Shown here piece by piece: positions 9,749 to 20,036 of a stretch of 44,376 nucleotides of DNA. Source of the DNA: an uncultured Gammaproteobacteria bacterium. GTDB lineage: Bacteria > Patescibacteriota > Patescibacteriia > Magasanikbacterales > UBA922. Where the stretch lies: NCBI GenBank assembly GCA_964603435.1, contig CAZRUM010000001.1:27045-71420 (forward strand), written 5' to 3'. A program made the translations under genes and the position numbers. The notes below the pieces were generated by a model. It was not told where the DNA came from, did no database searches, and saw nothing but the letters and a program-made list of their open reading frames with translations. The stretch's first letter is position 1; every line of letters starts with the position of its first letter.

Positions 9749-11176
9749 ATGGAAGCTGGAAATGTAAATTTCATACATAATCAGGGTTTTAAACAAGACG
9801 AACCGCCAAGATCAAAACGTTGGCTTTTTTTAATTTTAGTTCTATTTATTCTTTTTACTGCCGGCTGTATTACTAGACAAATCGTAGGAGAATACGAACC
9901 ACAAGATCCTGGACAATATGACCCCATAACTCTTGAACCAAAAAGCCCAGATGGCTTATTTAAAAAACTCAGCCATTTTGTTTTTTCCAAAGAAAACAAT
10001 TTAGAAGGTTACAGCAAAGACAGAATCAATTTACTCTTACTTGGTATGGGAGGAATTGGTCATGACGGACCATTTTTAACAGATACTATTATTATCGCCA
10101 GTATAAAACCTTCCACTGGTCAAATTGCCATGATCTCTATCCCTCGTGATTTGGGAGTAAAAATTCCTGGTCATGATTGGGGTAAAATTAATAACGCCAA
10201 TGCTTATGGTGAAGCTAAAAAAAGCGGTACTGGCGGAAAATTGGCCACAGAAGTAATTGAAAAAACTTTTGATATAGATATTCATTATTATGCTCGTGTT
10301 GATTTCAAGGCTTTTGAAGAAATTATTGATGAAGTTGGTGGTCTAACTATAAATGTAGATCGCGGTTTTGAAGACCCTATGTACCCAGCTGAAAATTATG
10401 AATACCAAACTTTGGATTTTTCTGCTGGAATACAAACTATGTATGGTGAGAGAGCTTTGCAGTTTGTCCGCTCTCGTCATGGTAATAATGGTGAAGGTTC
10501 TGACTTTGCCCGCGCTCGTCGCCAACAAAAAGTTTTGTTTGCTTTAAAAGAAAAAATATTATCATTTTCCACATTAATAAACCCTTTAAAAATAAACAAC
10601 ATTAAAAATAGTTTAGAGCGCCATATTACGACAGATATGGATTTTGCCGATATTATGGCTTTTGTAAAATTAATCAAAGAATTGGATACCAGCTCTATTA
10701 TTACTATGGTATTGGATGATAGTCCAACCAACTTTTTGGACAACGGCTATACAGCTGGTGGGTCTTTTATCCTGACTCCTAAAACTGGCAATTTTGATGA
10801 CATCAGCAATATGATTGAAAATATCTTTGCAAAAGAAAAAACAAACAATGACACACCAAAACAAGACAAACCACAAATTGACTATTCTTATGCTAATATT
10901 GAAATTCAAAATGGCACCTGGTCCGTTGGTATGGCAGCCCGCATGAGAAAAAGATTAGAAGATAAAAATTTTTATATAGAAACCATTGGTAACGCCGAAG
11001 AAAAACCAATTGAAACAAGTGGAATATTTAAACTTTCGGACAAGAATGTTAGTGATATTGTCAGTGCTTTGCAAACAGAACTTCACATCCCAGTAAAAGA
11101 GTATCCCCCAAAAAACGTGCAAGCAACCAGTACAACTGATATACTAGTCTTAATAGGAAATGACATAACAGAATAA
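9749..11176 (+). CDS. LCP (LytR-CpsA-Psr) family phosphotransferase with LytR C-terminal domain
   Basis: TM anchor; LTDTII, SIPRDL, KINNANAYG, FVRSRH, SDFARARRQQ; C-terminal QNGTWSVGMA. Confidence 0.92.
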   Translation: MEAGNVNFIHNQGFKQDEPPRSKRWLFLILVLFILFTAGCITRQIVGEYEPQDPGQYDPITLEPKSPDGLFKKLSHFVFSKENNLEGYSKDRINLLLLGMGGIGHDGPFLTDTIIIASIKPSTGQIAMISIPRDLGVKIPGHDWGKINNANAYGEAKKSGTGGKLATEVIEKTFDIDIHYYARVDFKAFEEIIDEVGGLTINVDRGFEDPMYPAENYEYQTLDFSAGIQTMYGERALQFVRSRHGNNGEGSDFARARRQQKVLFALKEKILSFSTLINPLKINNIKNSLERHITTDMDFADIMAFVKLIKELDTSSIITMVLDDSPTNFLDNGYTAGGSFILTPKTGNFDDISNMIENIFAKEKTNNDTPKQDKPQIDYSYANIEIQNGTWSVGMAARMRKRLEDKNFYIETIGNAEEKPIETSGIFKLSDKNVSDIVSALQTELHIPVKEYPPKNVQATSTTDILVLIGNDITE

Positions 11177-11177
11177 T

Positions 11178-12593
11178 ATGCCAAAAAATACCATTGAAAA
11201 CAAAACTATAGATACACAGAATTTACCAGTCATCGCACTTGTTGGTCGTGTTAATGTTGGCAAATCTACACTCTTTAATAAACTGACAGAAGAAAACAAA
11301 GCTATCATCTCAAAAATCCCTGGTACAACTCGCACCAGCAACGAAGGTTTAATTATCTGGCGAGGCAAGTACATAAAATTAATTGATACGGGGGGACTAA
11401 CTTTTGAAGATGATGTGCCTTTAGAAAAAGAAATATTAGGACAAAGTGAGCGTGCCATGAAAGATGCTGACGTTATTCTTTTCATTACTGATGCCCAGGA
11501 CGGAATCCTACCCCAAGAACGAGAACTAGCAAAACGCTTACGACGTATTGTAGAAAAACCTGTTCTTTTGGTAGCTAATAAAATTGATAATGCTCGTATA
11601 GAAACAAACTTATCAGAACCAGAATGGCCAAAATTAGGCCTAGGGCAACCTTTTTCAATTTCAGCTGCCAATGGTAGAAATGTTGGTGACTTGTTAGACT
11701 TAATTTACAAACAACTAAACAAAGGCAAGCGTCGACCTAAAAAAAACGCAGTAAGAGAAAGTGACAAAGCCATAGACATTAGTATCATTGGTAAACCCAA
11801 TGTTGGTAAATCATCTTTGTTTAATAAATTGATTGGACAAGAAAAAGTTATTGTCAGTGAGATGGCCCATACTACTCGTGAACCTCACGATATTTTAGTA
11901 GACTATGAATATAAACTTGGGAAAAAAATAATTAAAAAGAAAATTAATTTTGTAGACACTGCTGGTATCAGACGAAAATCAAAAGTAAAAGGTCAGCTGG
12001 AACGCGAAGGTATTTTTAAAAGTATCGAGTCAGCCCAGCATTCCGATATTATTTTATTTGTCATTGATGGTAATGAAATTATTTCTTCTCAGGATATGCA
12101 ATTGGGAGGACTCTTGGAACGTCATGCCAAAAGTGTAATTATCTTGGTTAATAAATGGGATCTAGCCGAAGATAGAAGCGATACCGATCGTAATGAAGTG
12201 CAGAGTCTGGTTTATTCTTATTTCCCTCATCTAAAATTTGCCCCAATTGTATTTGTTAGTGGAAAGACAGGTTATCATGTTCATGATATTTTTCCTCTTA
12301 TTATAAAAGCGTGGGAAGCCCGTCACATAAAAATTCCTCGTTCTGTTTTGTACAATTTTATAGACGAAGTTCAACAAATACACAAACCGGCTCGTGGTAA
12401 AGGAACAAGACATCCAAAACTTTTAGGTATGAAACAAATAAATATCGCTCCGCCAATTTATGAAATTATTGTTAAATACCGCACTTCTCTACATCGCTCT
12501 TATATGAACTTCATAGAAAATAAACTTCGTGAAAGATTTAATTTTTTTGCTACCCCGATTGTTATTAAATTGAAAAAATCTAAAAAAGTGTAG
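11178..12593 (+). CDS. der: Ribosome biogenesis GTPase Der (EngA)
   Basis: Two GTPase domains (GRVNVGKS/DTGG/NKID and GKPNVGKS/DTAG/NKWD) plus KH-like C-terminus. Confidence 0.96.
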   Translation: MPKNTIENKTIDTQNLPVIALVGRVNVGKSTLFNKLTEENKAIISKIPGTTRTSNEGLIIWRGKYIKLIDTGGLTFEDDVPLEKEILGQSERAMKDADVILFITDAQDGILPQERELAKRLRRIVEKPVLLVANKIDNARIETNLSEPEWPKLGLGQPFSISAANGRNVGDLLDLIYKQLNKGKRRPKKNAVRESDKAIDISIIGKPNVGKSSLFNKLIGQEKVIVSEMAHTTREPHDILVDYEYKLGKKIIKKKINFVDTAGIRRKSKVKGQLEREGIFKSIESAQHSDIILFVIDGNEIISSQDMQLGGLLERHAKSVIILVNKWDLAEDRSDTDRNEVQSLVYSYFPHLKFAPIVFVSGKTGYHVHDIFPLIIKAWEARHIKIPRSVLYNFIDEVQQIHKPARGKGTRHPKLLGMKQINIAPPIYEIIVKYRTSLHRSYMNFIENKLRERFNFFATPIVIKLKKSKKV

Positions 12594-12600
12594 ATTAAAT

Positions 12601-12740
12601 TTATCCTGAGAAATCCCGACGATAGTCGGGGTGACGTAAGGATCCCTTTCCAAAGCACTATTAGTTGCACTAAATACAGTTTAATTTAATGCAATTTAAG
12701 TGGCTTGAAAAGGGATTCCTCACTACGCTCGGAATGACAA
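12601..12740. mobile_element. Gene-less inverted-repeat (REP/MITE-like) element related to the GIY-YIG element ends
   Basis: Left …AAGGATCCCTTTC and right GAAAAGGGATTCCTCACTACGCTCGGAATGACA arms resemble the repeats at 23005-23037 and 23391-23423; inner CCCGAC-GATA-GTCGGG hairpin. Confidence 0.7.
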
Positions 12741-12746
12741 CGAAAT

Positions 12747-13280
12747 ATGAAACTAATAGTAGGCCTAGGTAACCCAGGCAAACAATATAAAAAGACTCGA
12801 CATAATGTTGGTTTTATCATACTTGATAGTTTGCAAAAAGAACTGAGTGGTTCGGATTGGACACTTAGCAAAAAATTTAATGCTGAAATTTCTGATATTG
12901 GACAAGGTGAAGATAAAACAATTTTAGCCAAACCAATGACCTTTATGAATAATTCTGGTCAGGCAGTTGGTCTAATTATGAATTATTACAAAATCAAACC
13001 TGATAATTTAGTTGTCGTGCATGATGATAAAGATATAAAACTCGGAGAAATAAAAATGCAGAGCAATAAAAACCACGCTGGTCACAATGGAATCAAATCT
13101 ATTATAGAACATATTGGTACCAAAAACTTCATGCGTTTGCGTATTGGTGTGGCAAGCGAAAACAAACGAAAAATGTCAGACACTTCCCGCTTTGTACTAG
13201 GTAAGTTTGGTTTATTTGAAAAAAAGAAATTGGAAGAAATAACCAAAAAAAGTATAGCGGAAATAAAAAAGTTAGTTTAA
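12747..13280 (+). CDS. pth: Peptidyl-tRNA hydrolase
   Basis: LIVGLGNPG, TRHNVGF, KPMTFMN, GHNGIKSI, RLRIG. Confidence 0.97.
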   Translation: MKLIVGLGNPGKQYKKTRHNVGFIILDSLQKELSGSDWTLSKKFNAEISDIGQGEDKTILAKPMTFMNNSGQAVGLIMNYYKIKPDNLVVVHDDKDIKLGEIKMQSNKNHAGHNGIKSIIEHIGTKNFMRLRIGVASENKRKMSDTSRFVLGKFGLFEKKKLEEITKKSIAEIKKLV

Positions 13281-14360
13281 ATGAAAAAAGAAATCCTGCT
13301 CTCATACTTCCCCAAAATAACCACACGACGCTACGGGCAACTGCTAGCGTTTTTTTCTTCTCTGGATAATGCTTGGAAGGCTGGCGTCGAGGATCTCAAA
13401 AAAGCTGGTTGGAAAGAAGATGTCATAGATAAATTTTTAGAATGGAAAAAAGAAGTAGATGAAGAAAAAATTGAAAAGATTTTAAAACAAGAAAATATTA
13501 CCTGTATTTTCAAAGATGATGAAAATTACCCCGAACTTCTGAAAGAAATTTATGATCCTCCTTTTTGTTTATTTATTCGTGGTGAGTTTGAACCAGATGA
13601 ATTTTCTCTGGCAGTAGTTGGCACAAGAAAATATTCTCCCTATGGTAAACAAGTGACCCAAGAATTGGTTTATGATCTTGCCAACCAAAATATAACAATT
13701 GTTAGTGGACTAGCTCTTGGTATTGATGCTATAGCTCACGAAGCAGTCCTCAAAGCTGGTGGCAAGACTATTGCTGTACTTGGTAGTGGAATAAACAAGA
13801 ATCATGTCTACCCCTTTCAAAACAAAGACCTTGGTGAGAGGATAATCGCTGCCGGAGGTGCCCTCATTTCCGAATACCCACCAGGTACGGTTCCCTCTAG
13901 GTACACTTTCCCAAAGAGAAACAGAATAATAGCTGGCATGACACTGGGTACACTTGTAGTGGAAGCCCCTGAATCTTCTGGTGCACTTATCACATCTCAA
14001 TGCGCACTTGATAATGGTCGTGAAGTTTTTGCCATCCCTCAAAATATAAACGCAACTAACTCAGCTGGACCTAATGAATTAATCAAAAATGGTGCCCACC
14101 CTGCTCACAAAGCTAGTGACATTTTGGACACACTAAATCTACAAGACGTAAAAAAATATATTAGTAGCAAAGAAATCATTCCTGACTCCCCCACCGAAGC
14201 CAAGATTTTAGAAAATTTAACCCGTGAACCTGTTCACGTAGATGAGCTAGCCAAAAAATGCAAACTGGCTAGTGCTGAACTAAACAGTAATTTGACACTA
14301 ATGGAAATGAAAGGTAAAATACGAAACCTCGGAGGTATGAACTACGTTTTAAGCAGATAA
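13281..14360 (+). CDS. dprA: DNA-processing protein DprA
   Basis: AVVGTR, VSGLALGID, FPKRNRIIAG, SGALIT, C-terminal winged helix. Confidence 0.96.
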   Translation: MKKEILLSYFPKITTRRYGQLLAFFSSLDNAWKAGVEDLKKAGWKEDVIDKFLEWKKEVDEEKIEKILKQENITCIFKDDENYPELLKEIYDPPFCLFIRGEFEPDEFSLAVVGTRKYSPYGKQVTQELVYDLANQNITIVSGLALGIDAIAHEAVLKAGGKTIAVLGSGINKNHVYPFQNKDLGERIIAAGGALISEYPPGTVPSRYTFPKRNRIIAGMTLGTLVVEAPESSGALITSQCALDNGREVFAIPQNINATNSAGPNELIKNGAHPAHKASDILDTLNLQDVKKYISSKEIIPDSPTEAKILENLTREPVHVDELAKKCKLASAELNSNLTLMEMKGKIRNLGGMNYVLSR

Positions 14361-14376
14361 TCCTATGTCGCAGGTA

Positions 14377-14464
14377 ATAGAACTCAAATTATACAAATCA
14401 AACAAATTTACACAAATATATAATTTGCGAAAATTTGTAATAATTTGTTAGATTTGTGTTCTAT
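14377..14464. repeat. AT-rich imperfect inverted repeat of CAAAT/ATTTG units
   Basis: ATAGAAC…GTTCTAT ends; four CAAAT then four ATTTG units spaced 9-10 nt. Confidence 0.65.
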
Positions 14465-14499
14465 AAAACTTTTTAAAATAACTAACTTATAAAATATAT

Positions 14500-15165
14500 A
14501 TGAGCCAACATTATAAACTAACCCTCCTCACTGCTATTTTCGTTGGTGGACTACTTGCCTCCAATACCCTGGGTAGTAAAGTTACTACTTTATTTGGTAT
14601 TGCCGTGTCTGTTGGTATTTTTGCCTATCCTTTGACATTTATGATGACTGATGCAATAGCTGAAGTCTATGGCAAGAAAAAAGCCAAACAAGTTGTTTGG
14701 GCAGCATTAATTGCTCAAGTCCTAGTTCTTATTCTAACTTTTATTTCTATAAAGCTACCTCCAGCCGGACGCTACCACCTAAACGAACAGTATGTATTGG
14801 TTTTTAGTGGAAGCCTGCGCATGATTATTGCTAGTCTAATTGCTTTTACAGTTTCACAGACTTACGATATCTGGGCTTTTGAATGGTTTAAAAAGAAAAC
14901 AAAAGGTAAAATGCTTTGGTTACGTAATAATCTATCTACCATGAGTAGCCAAGCAATTGATACTCTACTTTTCATGTTTATCGCTTTTTATGGTATCAAT
15001 GATAAATTTACCGTGAGTTTTATCCTCCAACTTTGTCTAAGTTATTGGTTATTCAAGATCCTGTTTGCTCTACTTGATACCCCATTTGTTTATTTATTAG
15101 TGAAATGGTTACGCCAGCCTGGTAAAACAGAAGATGTACCCGATGCACTACCCTTGCAAAATTAA
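14500..15165 (+). CDS. yhhQ: Queuosine precursor transporter (YhhQ/Vut_1 family)
   Basis: Multi-TM; YPLTFMMTDAIAEVYG, ASLIAFTVSQ, WLRNNLSTMSSQAIDT. Confidence 0.9.
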   Translation: MSQHYKLTLLTAIFVGGLLASNTLGSKVTTLFGIAVSVGIFAYPLTFMMTDAIAEVYGKKKAKQVVWAALIAQVLVLILTFISIKLPPAGRYHLNEQYVLVFSGSLRMIIASLIAFTVSQTYDIWAFEWFKKKTKGKMLWLRNNLSTMSSQAIDTLLFMFIAFYGINDKFTVSFILQLCLSYWLFKILFALLDTPFVYLLVKWLRQPGKTEDVPDALPLQN

Positions 15166-15173
15166 ATAATATC

Positions 15174-16427
15174 ATGACTTTTGATGAAGCCTACGACTGG
15201 CTACTATCACTTTCGAATTTTCCTCGTAAAGAATATATGTCTGACCCCAGACATTGTTCTTGGTATTTAAAAAGATTACAATTTTTCTTAGATATTCTAG
15301 GAAATCCAGAGCGTAAAATCCCGCATTATATTCATGTCACCGGTACCAGCGGAAAAGGTTCCGTCACTGCCATGCTACACTCTATACTACATGAATCTGG
15401 TAAAAAGGTTGGTTCAACTTATTCTCCTCACCCCACAACAATACTTGAAAGATGGAAGGTTGGAAATAAAAACATGAGTAAAAAAGAATTTGTTGAAATT
15501 GTTGAATTTATAAAACCAAAACTTGATGAGTATATCAAAACCACCCCTTATGACATGCTATCTTTTTTTGAACTAACAGAAGTAATTGGTTTTGTCTATT
15601 TTGCAAAAAAGAAAATTGACTGGGCAATTCTAGAAGTAGCTTGTGGTGGACGCTATGATGCTAGTAATATTATTCCTTACAAGGATGTAGCTATTATAAC
15701 GAATATTGATTTGGATCATGTTGGGGTAATTGGAAACAACAAAGAAGAAATTGCTTATGAAAAAGCAGGGATTATAAAACCTGGTTGTGCTGTATTCACA
15801 CAAGAAAAAAATAAAAAAATACTTGAAATTATTGAAAGTGAATGTAGAAAGAATAAAACAAGTCTAAATAAAATCAATAAAAAAATTAATTACAAATTAA
15901 ATGTCTTAGGAGAACATCAAGAAAAAAACGCTGCTTTGTGTACAGAGGTAGCCCAACATTTAAATATTGCTGATAACAAAATTAAAGCAGGTTTACTAAA
16001 AGTTAGTCTACCTATCCGCATGGAAATAATTTCTAAAAAACCTCTAATAATTCTAGATGGTGCCCATAACCCAGATAAGGTAAAATCTACTGTAAACACA
16101 GTTAAAAAATTAAAAACTAACAAACCTATAAATTTAGTAGTTGGTTTCTCAGAAAATAAGGACACAACTAAAATGATCAAACAACTAGCTACTCTAAAAC
16201 CCAAATCTATTGCCTGTACTCGCTATACAAATAACCCATTTCGTAAGGTAGCTGACCCGGCTGAGATAGCTAAAAAATTCAAAAAAATACTCCCCAAAAC
16301 TAAGATTGAAATCTTTCTAGACCCTACAGATGCACTGGACTGGAGCAAAAAGCAAAAAAACGGTATAATAGTAACCGGATCAATCTTCTTGTCAGGGCAA
16401 TTACGTGAAACCTTGACCCGCGCATAA
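15174..16427 (+). CDS. folC: Folylpolyglutamate/dihydrofolate synthase family
   Basis: IHVTGTSGKGS, LEVACGGRYDASN, IDLDH, IAYEKAGIIK, LDGAHNP, VTGSIFL. Confidence 0.9.
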   Translation: MTFDEAYDWLLSLSNFPRKEYMSDPRHCSWYLKRLQFFLDILGNPERKIPHYIHVTGTSGKGSVTAMLHSILHESGKKVGSTYSPHPTTILERWKVGNKNMSKKEFVEIVEFIKPKLDEYIKTTPYDMLSFFELTEVIGFVYFAKKKIDWAILEVACGGRYDASNIIPYKDVAIITNIDLDHVGVIGNNKEEIAYEKAGIIKPGCAVFTQEKNKKILEIIESECRKNKTSLNKINKKINYKLNVLGEHQEKNAALCTEVAQHLNIADNKIKAGLLKVSLPIRMEIISKKPLIILDGAHNPDKVKSTVNTVKKLKTNKPINLVVGFSENKDTTKMIKQLATLKPKSIACTRYTNNPFRKVADPAEIAKKFKKILPKTKIEIFLDPTDALDWSKKQKNGIIVTGSIFLSGQLRETLTRA

Positions 16428-16466
16428 TGTTCACTCCGGCTCGTTCCACTTCGCCGAGAGGAACAT
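16428..16466. repeat. GC-rich hairpin right after folC
   Basis: TGTTC-A-CTC-CGGC…GCCG-A-GAG-GAACA imperfect stem with no U-tract. Confidence 0.4.
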
Positions 16467-16545
16467 CTGCGGGGCGAGACTGTGATATAATGAGACAAGA
16501 GTTAATCCAAAAACCTCTCATTTAACACTCTTTTTCTCCAAAACC

Positions 16546-16574
16546 TTGACAAAGTAGGTTTTTTACTATATCAT
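16546..16574 (+). promoter_or_regulatory. topA promoter
   Basis: TTGACA-17 nt-TATCAT. Confidence 0.65.
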
Positions 16575-16612
16575 TATTACACCTTAATTATTGCCGTAAA
16601 AATAGCAATATC

Positions 16613-18883
16613 ATGTCAAAATTAATCATTGTAGAGTCTCCTACAAAAGCCAAGACAATTTCAAAATTTTTAGGAAAGGAATTCCAAGTAGAATCCTCTT
16701 TTGGTCATCTGCGAGATTTACCGAAAAGTAAGATGGGGATTGATATTGAGGGTGGTACTTTTGAGCCAGATTATGTCATACCAAAAGACAAGGCTGCTCA
16801 AGTAAAAAAACTACAAACCCTAGCCAAAAAAGCTGATGAAATTATATTTGCTACTGATGAAGATCGCGAAGGTGAGGCCATCTCTTGGCATTTGGCCCAG
16901 ATTTTTGGTGTTGATCCTGCAAAGGGTAAAAGAATTGCTTTTCATGAAATTACTAAGCACGCTGTAGAAGAAGCCCTAGAACATCCTAGAACTATTGACC
17001 AGAAATTGGTTGATGCTCAACAAGCTAGACGTGTGCTAGATAGATTGGTTGGTTATGAACTTTCACCATTCCTCTGGAAAAAAGTTGCTCGTGGGCTGTC
17101 TGCTGGACGTGTTCAGTCTGTGGCCGTTAGATTGACAGTAGACAGAGAGCGTGAAATTGAAGCTTTTGTTTCAGACGAATATTGGACACTAGAAGCTTTG
17201 TTTGATCACAAACATGAATTTATTGGCAAACTTCATTCTATTGGTGGCAAGAAAATTCAAAAACTTGATATCAAAGAAAAGGAACGAATGGACGCGATTT
17301 TGTCTGATCTAGAAAAAGCAAAGTATACAATCGACAGTATCAAAAAAACTGAAGCTAAACGTAATCCCCCACCAGCTTTTATTACTTCTGGATTACAACA
17401 GCATTCAAATAATAAACTTGGTTATTCTGCCAAACAAACAATGCGCCTAGCCCAACAACTCTATGAGGGTGTAGTAATCGGTAGCGAAGGACAGGTTGGT
17501 TTGATTACTTATATGCGTACTGACTCTACAAACCTATCAGAAAAATTTGTCAAAGAAACAAATGATTTTGTTAAAAAAGAATTTGGCGATGAGTATAGTC
17601 TAAAAAAACCTAGACTTTACAAAACCAAATCAAAAAATGCTCAGGAAGCTCATGAAGCTATCCGCCCAACTGACCCTACAAAGACTCCTGATTCTGTTGA
17701 ATCATACCTAACACCCCAACAACACAAACTGTACAAACTAATCTGGAGCAGAGCTGTGGCCACTCAGATGGCAGAAGCCAGACTAAACAGAACCGCTATC
17801 AGTATTACTGCTGATAAATACATGTTTAGAACCAGTGGTCAAACTATGGTTTTTCCTGGCTGGCTAAAACTATACCCAGAAAGCATAAAGGAAGACATGC
17901 TACCAGAATTAAAAGAAGGTGAAAATATTGACTGCAAAGAATTGAAACCAGAACAGCATTTTACTGAACCACCAACTAGATATTCTGATGCTACCCTGGT
18001 AAAAGCTATGGAAGAACACGGTATTGGTCGTCCTTCTACTTATGCCCCAACTATTGGCACAATCGAAGCTAGAGGCTATGTGGAGCGCGATGACAACAAA
18101 CGTCTACAACCAATGGACATTGCCATGATTGTAACTGATTTATTGGTAGAACACTTTCCTCAAGTTGTTGATTTTGCTTTTACCGCCCAGATGGAAGATA
18201 ACTTGGATCAAATTGCCAATGGTACAGAAGACTGGAAACCGATCATCTCAACTTTTTACCACCCCTTCCACGAAAACTTGGAAAAGAAAACAGAAGAACT
18301 AACAAAGGAAGAAACTGTTGGTATGAGAGAAGTTGGAACTGATCCTGTATCTGGAAAACCAATTTATGCTCGTGTTGGTCGTTTTGGACCATTTGTCCAA
18401 AAAGGCTCAAAAGATGATGAGGAAAAACCAAAATTTGCTTCTCTAAAAAAAGGACAATCCATCCAAACTATTACTCTGGAAGAATCTTTGGAACTGTTTA
18501 AGTTGCCAGCAATTTTAGGTAAAGATGAAGATGGGCATGATGTCATTGCAAACATTGGTCGTTATGGACCTTACATTCAGATAGAGAAAAAATATTATTC
18601 TATCAAAGAAAAAGATCCATACAATATTACTTTTGAAGAAGCTATGGAAATTGTAAAAGAAGGTAAAGAAAAAGAAGCCAATAAAATTATTAAAGAATTC
18701 CCAGATTCTACTATCCAGGTTTTGAATGGTCGCTATGGACCCTATATTACCAATGGAGAAAAGAATGCCAAAATTCCAAAAGACAAAGAACCAGCTGACC
18801 TAACTTTTAAAGAATGCGATGAACTCATAAAGAATGCACCTGAAAAAAAGAAAAGATACACTAAAAAGAAAAAGAAAGACTAA
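16613..18883 (+). CDS. topA: DNA topoisomerase I with C-terminal GR(F/Y)GP repeats
   Basis: IVESPTKAKTI, ATDEDREGE, SAGRVQS, LITYMRTDS, GIGRPSTYA; GRFGP/GRYGP repeats instead of zinc ribbons. Confidence 0.97.
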   Translation: MSKLIIVESPTKAKTISKFLGKEFQVESSFGHLRDLPKSKMGIDIEGGTFEPDYVIPKDKAAQVKKLQTLAKKADEIIFATDEDREGEAISWHLAQIFGVDPAKGKRIAFHEITKHAVEEALEHPRTIDQKLVDAQQARRVLDRLVGYELSPFLWKKVARGLSAGRVQSVAVRLTVDREREIEAFVSDEYWTLEALFDHKHEFIGKLHSIGGKKIQKLDIKEKERMDAILSDLEKAKYTIDSIKKTEAKRNPPPAFITSGLQQHSNNKLGYSAKQTMRLAQQLYEGVVIGSEGQVGLITYMRTDSTNLSEKFVKETNDFVKKEFGDEYSLKKPRLYKTKSKNAQEAHEAIRPTDPTKTPDSVESYLTPQQHKLYKLIWSRAVATQMAEARLNRTAISITADKYMFRTSGQTMVFPGWLKLYPESIKEDMLPELKEGENIDCKELKPEQHFTEPPTRYSDATLVKAMEEHGIGRPSTYAPTIGTIEARGYVERDDNKRLQPMDIAMIVTDLLVEHFPQVVDFAFTAQMEDNLDQIANGTEDWKPIISTFYHPFHENLEKKTEELTKEETVGMREVGTDPVSGKPIYARVGRFGPFVQKGSKDDEEKPKFASLKKGQSIQTITLEESLELFKLPAILGKDEDGHDVIANIGRYGPYIQIEKKYYSIKEKDPYNITFEEAMEIVKEGKEKEANKIIKEFPDSTIQVLNGRYGPYITNGEKNAKIPKDKEPADLTFKECDELIKNAPEKKKRYTKKKKKD

Positions 18884-18888
18884 ATTAT

Positions 18889-18912
18889 AAAACAGACCGC
18901 GAGGTCTGTTTT
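18889..18912. terminator. Bidirectional intrinsic terminator
   Basis: AAAACAGACC-GCGA-GGTCTGTTTT. Confidence 0.8.
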
Positions 18913-19148
18913 TCTTCTCAATCCCACCCTTGAATACTCAACAGTAAGATAGTTGAAGGCACGGTCGACGGGAGTCGAACGTGCGGCTTCTACGCACTGA
19001 GAGCCTTCGAGGATGAAGACGTGTCGCTTCTTTTGCAGAAGAGAGATCTCAACAGCGTTGACCTGACGAATCAGATCGTTGTTTCACATACCACCCGAGT
19101 TTTTGTAATGGGATACATGTGAAGGTTGGAAGGAACGAATGCCGACGT

Positions 19149-19778
19149 CTAACCGTCGTGCTTCTGCTCGAGGAAGTCTTCAGAGGTGAGAGGCCCCTGA
19201 TCTTCTTGTTGAAGCATGACGTGGCCGAGCTCACGCAAGAAGATTCTCTGAGCGTCAACCGCGGTCTCCCAGTCGACACCGGCTATCTGCCCACCGTTGG
19301 GCAGCTTGCACCCAGCGTGAAGCACCAAGCCGACCGTGCCGACGAAGAGCTGACTCAAGTCACAGCCTTGAGCGATGAGATCGTACTCACCCTCATCCAA
19401 AGAGACTATCAGACTGTGCGGCACGAGATATGACATGGTCCAGACCAGAATCTGAACATTGGCAGGCCCGTAGTACGTCACGAACCAACCACCGTTGACA
19501 CCACGCCTCACATCAAGCTGCGTGTCGTGGTCCAGGATTCCGTCCATGCGAACACTGCAATCTAGAAAGACCCGATGGAGATCCTTCTGAACATAGCCGA
19601 CCCAACCGTCGACCTTCATGCTCACATGCCCCTGAACGTCTTCCGGAGAAATAGCCTCTTCCTGGTTATACCAAGCAAGAGCACTGTTGAGTGCCACCTT
19701 CGCCGGCCGGGCTACACCCTGCCAGACAACAAGGAGCTTACACAACTGACGCCAGGACACCCCTGCTGTAACTCGCAT
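19149..19778 (-). CDS. Hypothetical protein (about 209 aa) in a GC-rich patch
   Basis: Longest ORF in the patch, GGAGA SD-like site before GTG-ATG, upstream promoter on the same strand; no motif recognised. Confidence 0.6.
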   Translation of the reverse strand: MRVTAGVSWRQLCKLLVVWQGVARPAKVALNSALAWYNQEEAISPEDVQGHVSMKVDGWVGYVQKDLHRVFLDCSVRMDGILDHDTQLDVRRGVNGGWFVTYYGPANVQILVWTMSYLVPHSLIVSLDEGEYDLIAQGCDLSQLFVGTVGLVLHAGCKLPNGGQIAGVDWETAVDAQRIFLRELGHVMLQQEDQGPLTSEDFLEQKHDG

Positions 19779-20036
19779 CACTTCTCTCCATATCTAGCGC
19801 GCAAATCAATGTCACGCGCCGCCATGAGTTTTGAACCAATAGACCTAGAATTTCTAACTACCCAAATAAAATTATATCGAAATATAAATATATTTGGATA
19901 GTGAGACTTTAATAAAATTGAAATAAACAACCCACCCAACCAGACGGAGAGAGGCACAAAAAATAGTATTTTTAAGGTCAACTACCCTTGGATCTCTCCT
20001 TCCAAAAATAGCTACTACTGTAGATTGTAACGGCAA

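Noticed and set aside
11150-11671. 173-aa antisense ORF and similar short overlapping ORFs
   Set aside because: They are antisense shadows of well-supported genes such as der.
14455-14490. preQ1-I riboswitch upstream of yhhQ
   Set aside because: GTTC and AAAATAACTAA resemble the motif, but no P1 stem can form.
19119-19901. Plus-strand ORFs of 104 and 108 aa in the GC-rich patch
   Set aside because: They shadow the minus-strand ORF, which has the promoter and SD support.
19778-19981. 67-aa TTG-start ORF upstream of the orphan gene
   Set aside because: Weak start and hairpin-rich sequence fit a leader better, though translation cannot be excluded.
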